Below are positions 14,625-15,974 of a DNA stretch of 15,974 nt, piece after piece. Location of the stretch: positions 1 through 15,974 of the forward strand of contig JAYTHY010000016.1 in NCBI GenBank assembly GCA_043732185.1, in the 5' to 3' direction. This DNA comes from Fibrobacteria bacterium. GTDB taxonomy: Bacteria > Fibrobacterota > Fibrobacteria > UBA11236. The translations under genes were made by a program, and so were the position numbers. Below the pieces are notes generated by a model that was not told the DNA's origin, ran no database searches, and worked only from the letters and a program-made list of their open reading frames with translations. Position 1 is the stretch's first letter. Each line of letters starts with the position of its first letter.

Positions 14625-15974
14625 ATGAACCGCATATTGAAACTGATATTTATCTCGGCACTAGTCTGGGCATGTAATAAGTCTACTGAACCAGGCAACG
14701 ATACCGCGGGAGTATGCACGGAAACGCAAAACCATTGCGGGCTTACCGCATCCGTAACGGGGAGCATAGTCAGCGCTGATAAAAAACCGATAGCAGATGC
14801 GGACGTGGAACTTTTCGTGAAATCGGGAACCATCCTTAAAAAGACTTCGGCCATTGTTGCCAAAGACTCAAGTGTGGGAAAGACCAAAACTGATGCGAAC
14901 GGTAAATTCAACTTTATCAAACTTCCCGGCGGCGATTTTGTACTGAATGCGATAAAGGATTCTTTGGGGTCTACCCAGGACTTCTCCTTGAAGAAGGATG
15001 AGAAAAAGGATCTGGGATCCATCACCATAATCAATAATGGCATCATCATTGGCAAGGTGGAGCACAGCATTGTACAACAGGCGCAAAATGCCTACGCGGT
15101 CATCAATGAAATAGGCGTCCAAACCAATATCAGCAAGGCCGGAGACTACACGTTCAACAATGTTCCGGTATACAACAACTACACCATCACCATCTACAAT
15201 GGTGGTAACGTTGTGCCAAGCACTCTTGATAAAGTGATAGTGGCTGTGCAATCCGGTAAGGCCACTCTTGTGGATACGGCCGGAACCTCAACCATAACCG
15301 CCAAGCCGGATAGCGCGCTTTCTCACCCGGAAATTACGGCCATTACTCCCGCGGAGATACAGAAATATTCGAACGCGCAAATCACGGCATTGGGTAAAAA
15401 CATTAAATACCTCAGCAACGCAGCGTTGGGCGTCCTGACACCTAATAACCCAGCGGGACAGCAAATTTCTGCTATCAGTCCGGAGCAAATTGCCGTGCTG
15501 AAACCCGCACAGGTTCGGTTGCTCGGCACCACTGGAGCGGCTGGAACATCCACCACTGCAAAAATATCCTCCTTGAACAACGAGACTTGGGCCATTCTGG
15601 TCAGCGACTCCAATCAAGTAGCCGCGTTCATTCCTGATGAGATCAAAACGCTCTCGCCTGGGCAAATCAACGCATTGGGTAAAAGCATTAAATACCTTAG
15701 CAACGCGGCACTGGGCGTCCTGACACCTAATAACCCAGCGGGACAGCAAATTTCTGCTATCAGTCCGGAGCAAATCGCCATGCTGAAACCCGCACAGGTT
15801 CGGTTGCTTGGCACCACTGGAGCGGCTGGAACATCCGTCACTGCAAAAATATCCTCCTTGAACAACGAGACTTGGACCATTTTGGTCAGCGACTCCAATC
15901 AAGTGGCTGCGTTCACTCCTGATGAGATCAAAACGCTCTCACCTGGGCAAATCAACGCATTGGGTAAAAACATT
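14625..15974 (+). CDS. Large lipoprotein (3'-partial): carboxypeptidase-regulatory/CnaB-like beta domains followed by 95-aa tandem repeats
   Basis: Open for 450 codons to the window end by hand translation. GAGG SD; MNRILKLIFISALVWAC (lipobox Cys17); VTGSIVSADKKPIADADVEL...TKTDANGKFNFIKLPGGDFVL; second beta module GDYTFNNVP..NYTITI; repeats from about aa 237. Confidence 0.88.
   Translation, partial: MNRILKLIFISALVWACNKSTEPGNDTAGVCTETQNHCGLTASVTGSIVSADKKPIADADVELFVKSGTILKKTSAIVAKDSSVGKTKTDANGKFNFIKLPGGDFVLNAIKDSLGSTQDFSLKKDEKKDLGSITIINNGIIIGKVEHSIVQQAQNAYAVINEIGVQTNISKAGDYTFNNVPVYNNYTITIYNGGNVVPSTLDKVIVAVQSGKATLVDTAGTSTITAKPDSALSHPEITAITPAEIQKYSNAQITALGKNIKYLSNAALGVLTPNNPAGQQISAISPEQIAVLKPAQVRLLGTTGAAGTSTTAKISSLNNETWAILVSDSNQVAAFIPDEIKTLSPGQINALGKSIKYLSNAALGVLTPNNPAGQQISAISPEQIAMLKPAQVRLLGTTGAAGTSVTAKISSLNNETWTILVSDSNQVAAFTPDEIKTLSPGQINALGKNI
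15377..15974 (+). repeat. In-frame 285-bp tandem repeat (units 15377-15661, 15662-15946, partial 15947-end)
   Basis: GCATTGGGTAAAA recurs at 15387, 15672 and 15957. Hand alignment of units 1 and 2 shows 18 mismatches in 285 nt and no indels. Confidence 0.95.

Noticed and set aside
14573..15902. Minus-strand ORFs 14573..15070, 14868..15251, 15288..15902, 15323..15613 and 15614..15898
   Set aside because: Antisense shadows of the + strand lipoprotein; their repetition only mirrors the 285-bp repeat, whose substitutions are mostly synonymous in the + frame.
15377..15974. Repeat as a CRISPR array or a DGR template/variable repeat pair
   Set aside because: Units are contiguous, in frame and spacer-free. 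Mismatches are mostly C/T and A/G transitions in both directions rather than adenine-specific, and no reverse transcriptase or cas gene is in the window.

Overview
A ~16 kb gene-dense bacterial chromosomal window with no RNA genes, CRISPR arrays or mobile elements that I can support. A TIGR02147/DUF4423-type gene followed by a lipoprotein, plus clear Shine-Dalgarno use, suggests Fibrobacterota (inference; Bdellovibrionota also carry this family). Left to right it holds four blocks. (1) An envelope/peptidoglycan cluster: OmpA-domain protein, a 49-aa lmo0937-like membrane peptide missed by the ORF track, a small single-TM protein, a YcbB/LdtD-type L,D-transpeptidase and an M15-type peptidase. 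(2) A heme block: DUF2231-like membrane protein plus diheme cytochrome c, a divergent monoheme cytochrome c lipoprotein, a TIGR01212/YhcC radical SAM protein and a HemY/HemG-type oxidase. (3) moaA-moaD-moaE-TauE/SafE, followed by a convergent EamA transporter. (4) A TIGR02147 putative regulator and a long lipoprotein, absent from the ORF track because it runs off the window, with ~94%-identical 285-bp tandem repeats. The most notable observations are the repeat lipoprotein, sigma54-type promoters in front of both hemG and moaA, and an apparent enrichment of Bacteroidota-type D-(S/T)-hydrophobic O-glycosylation sequons in the exported proteins.
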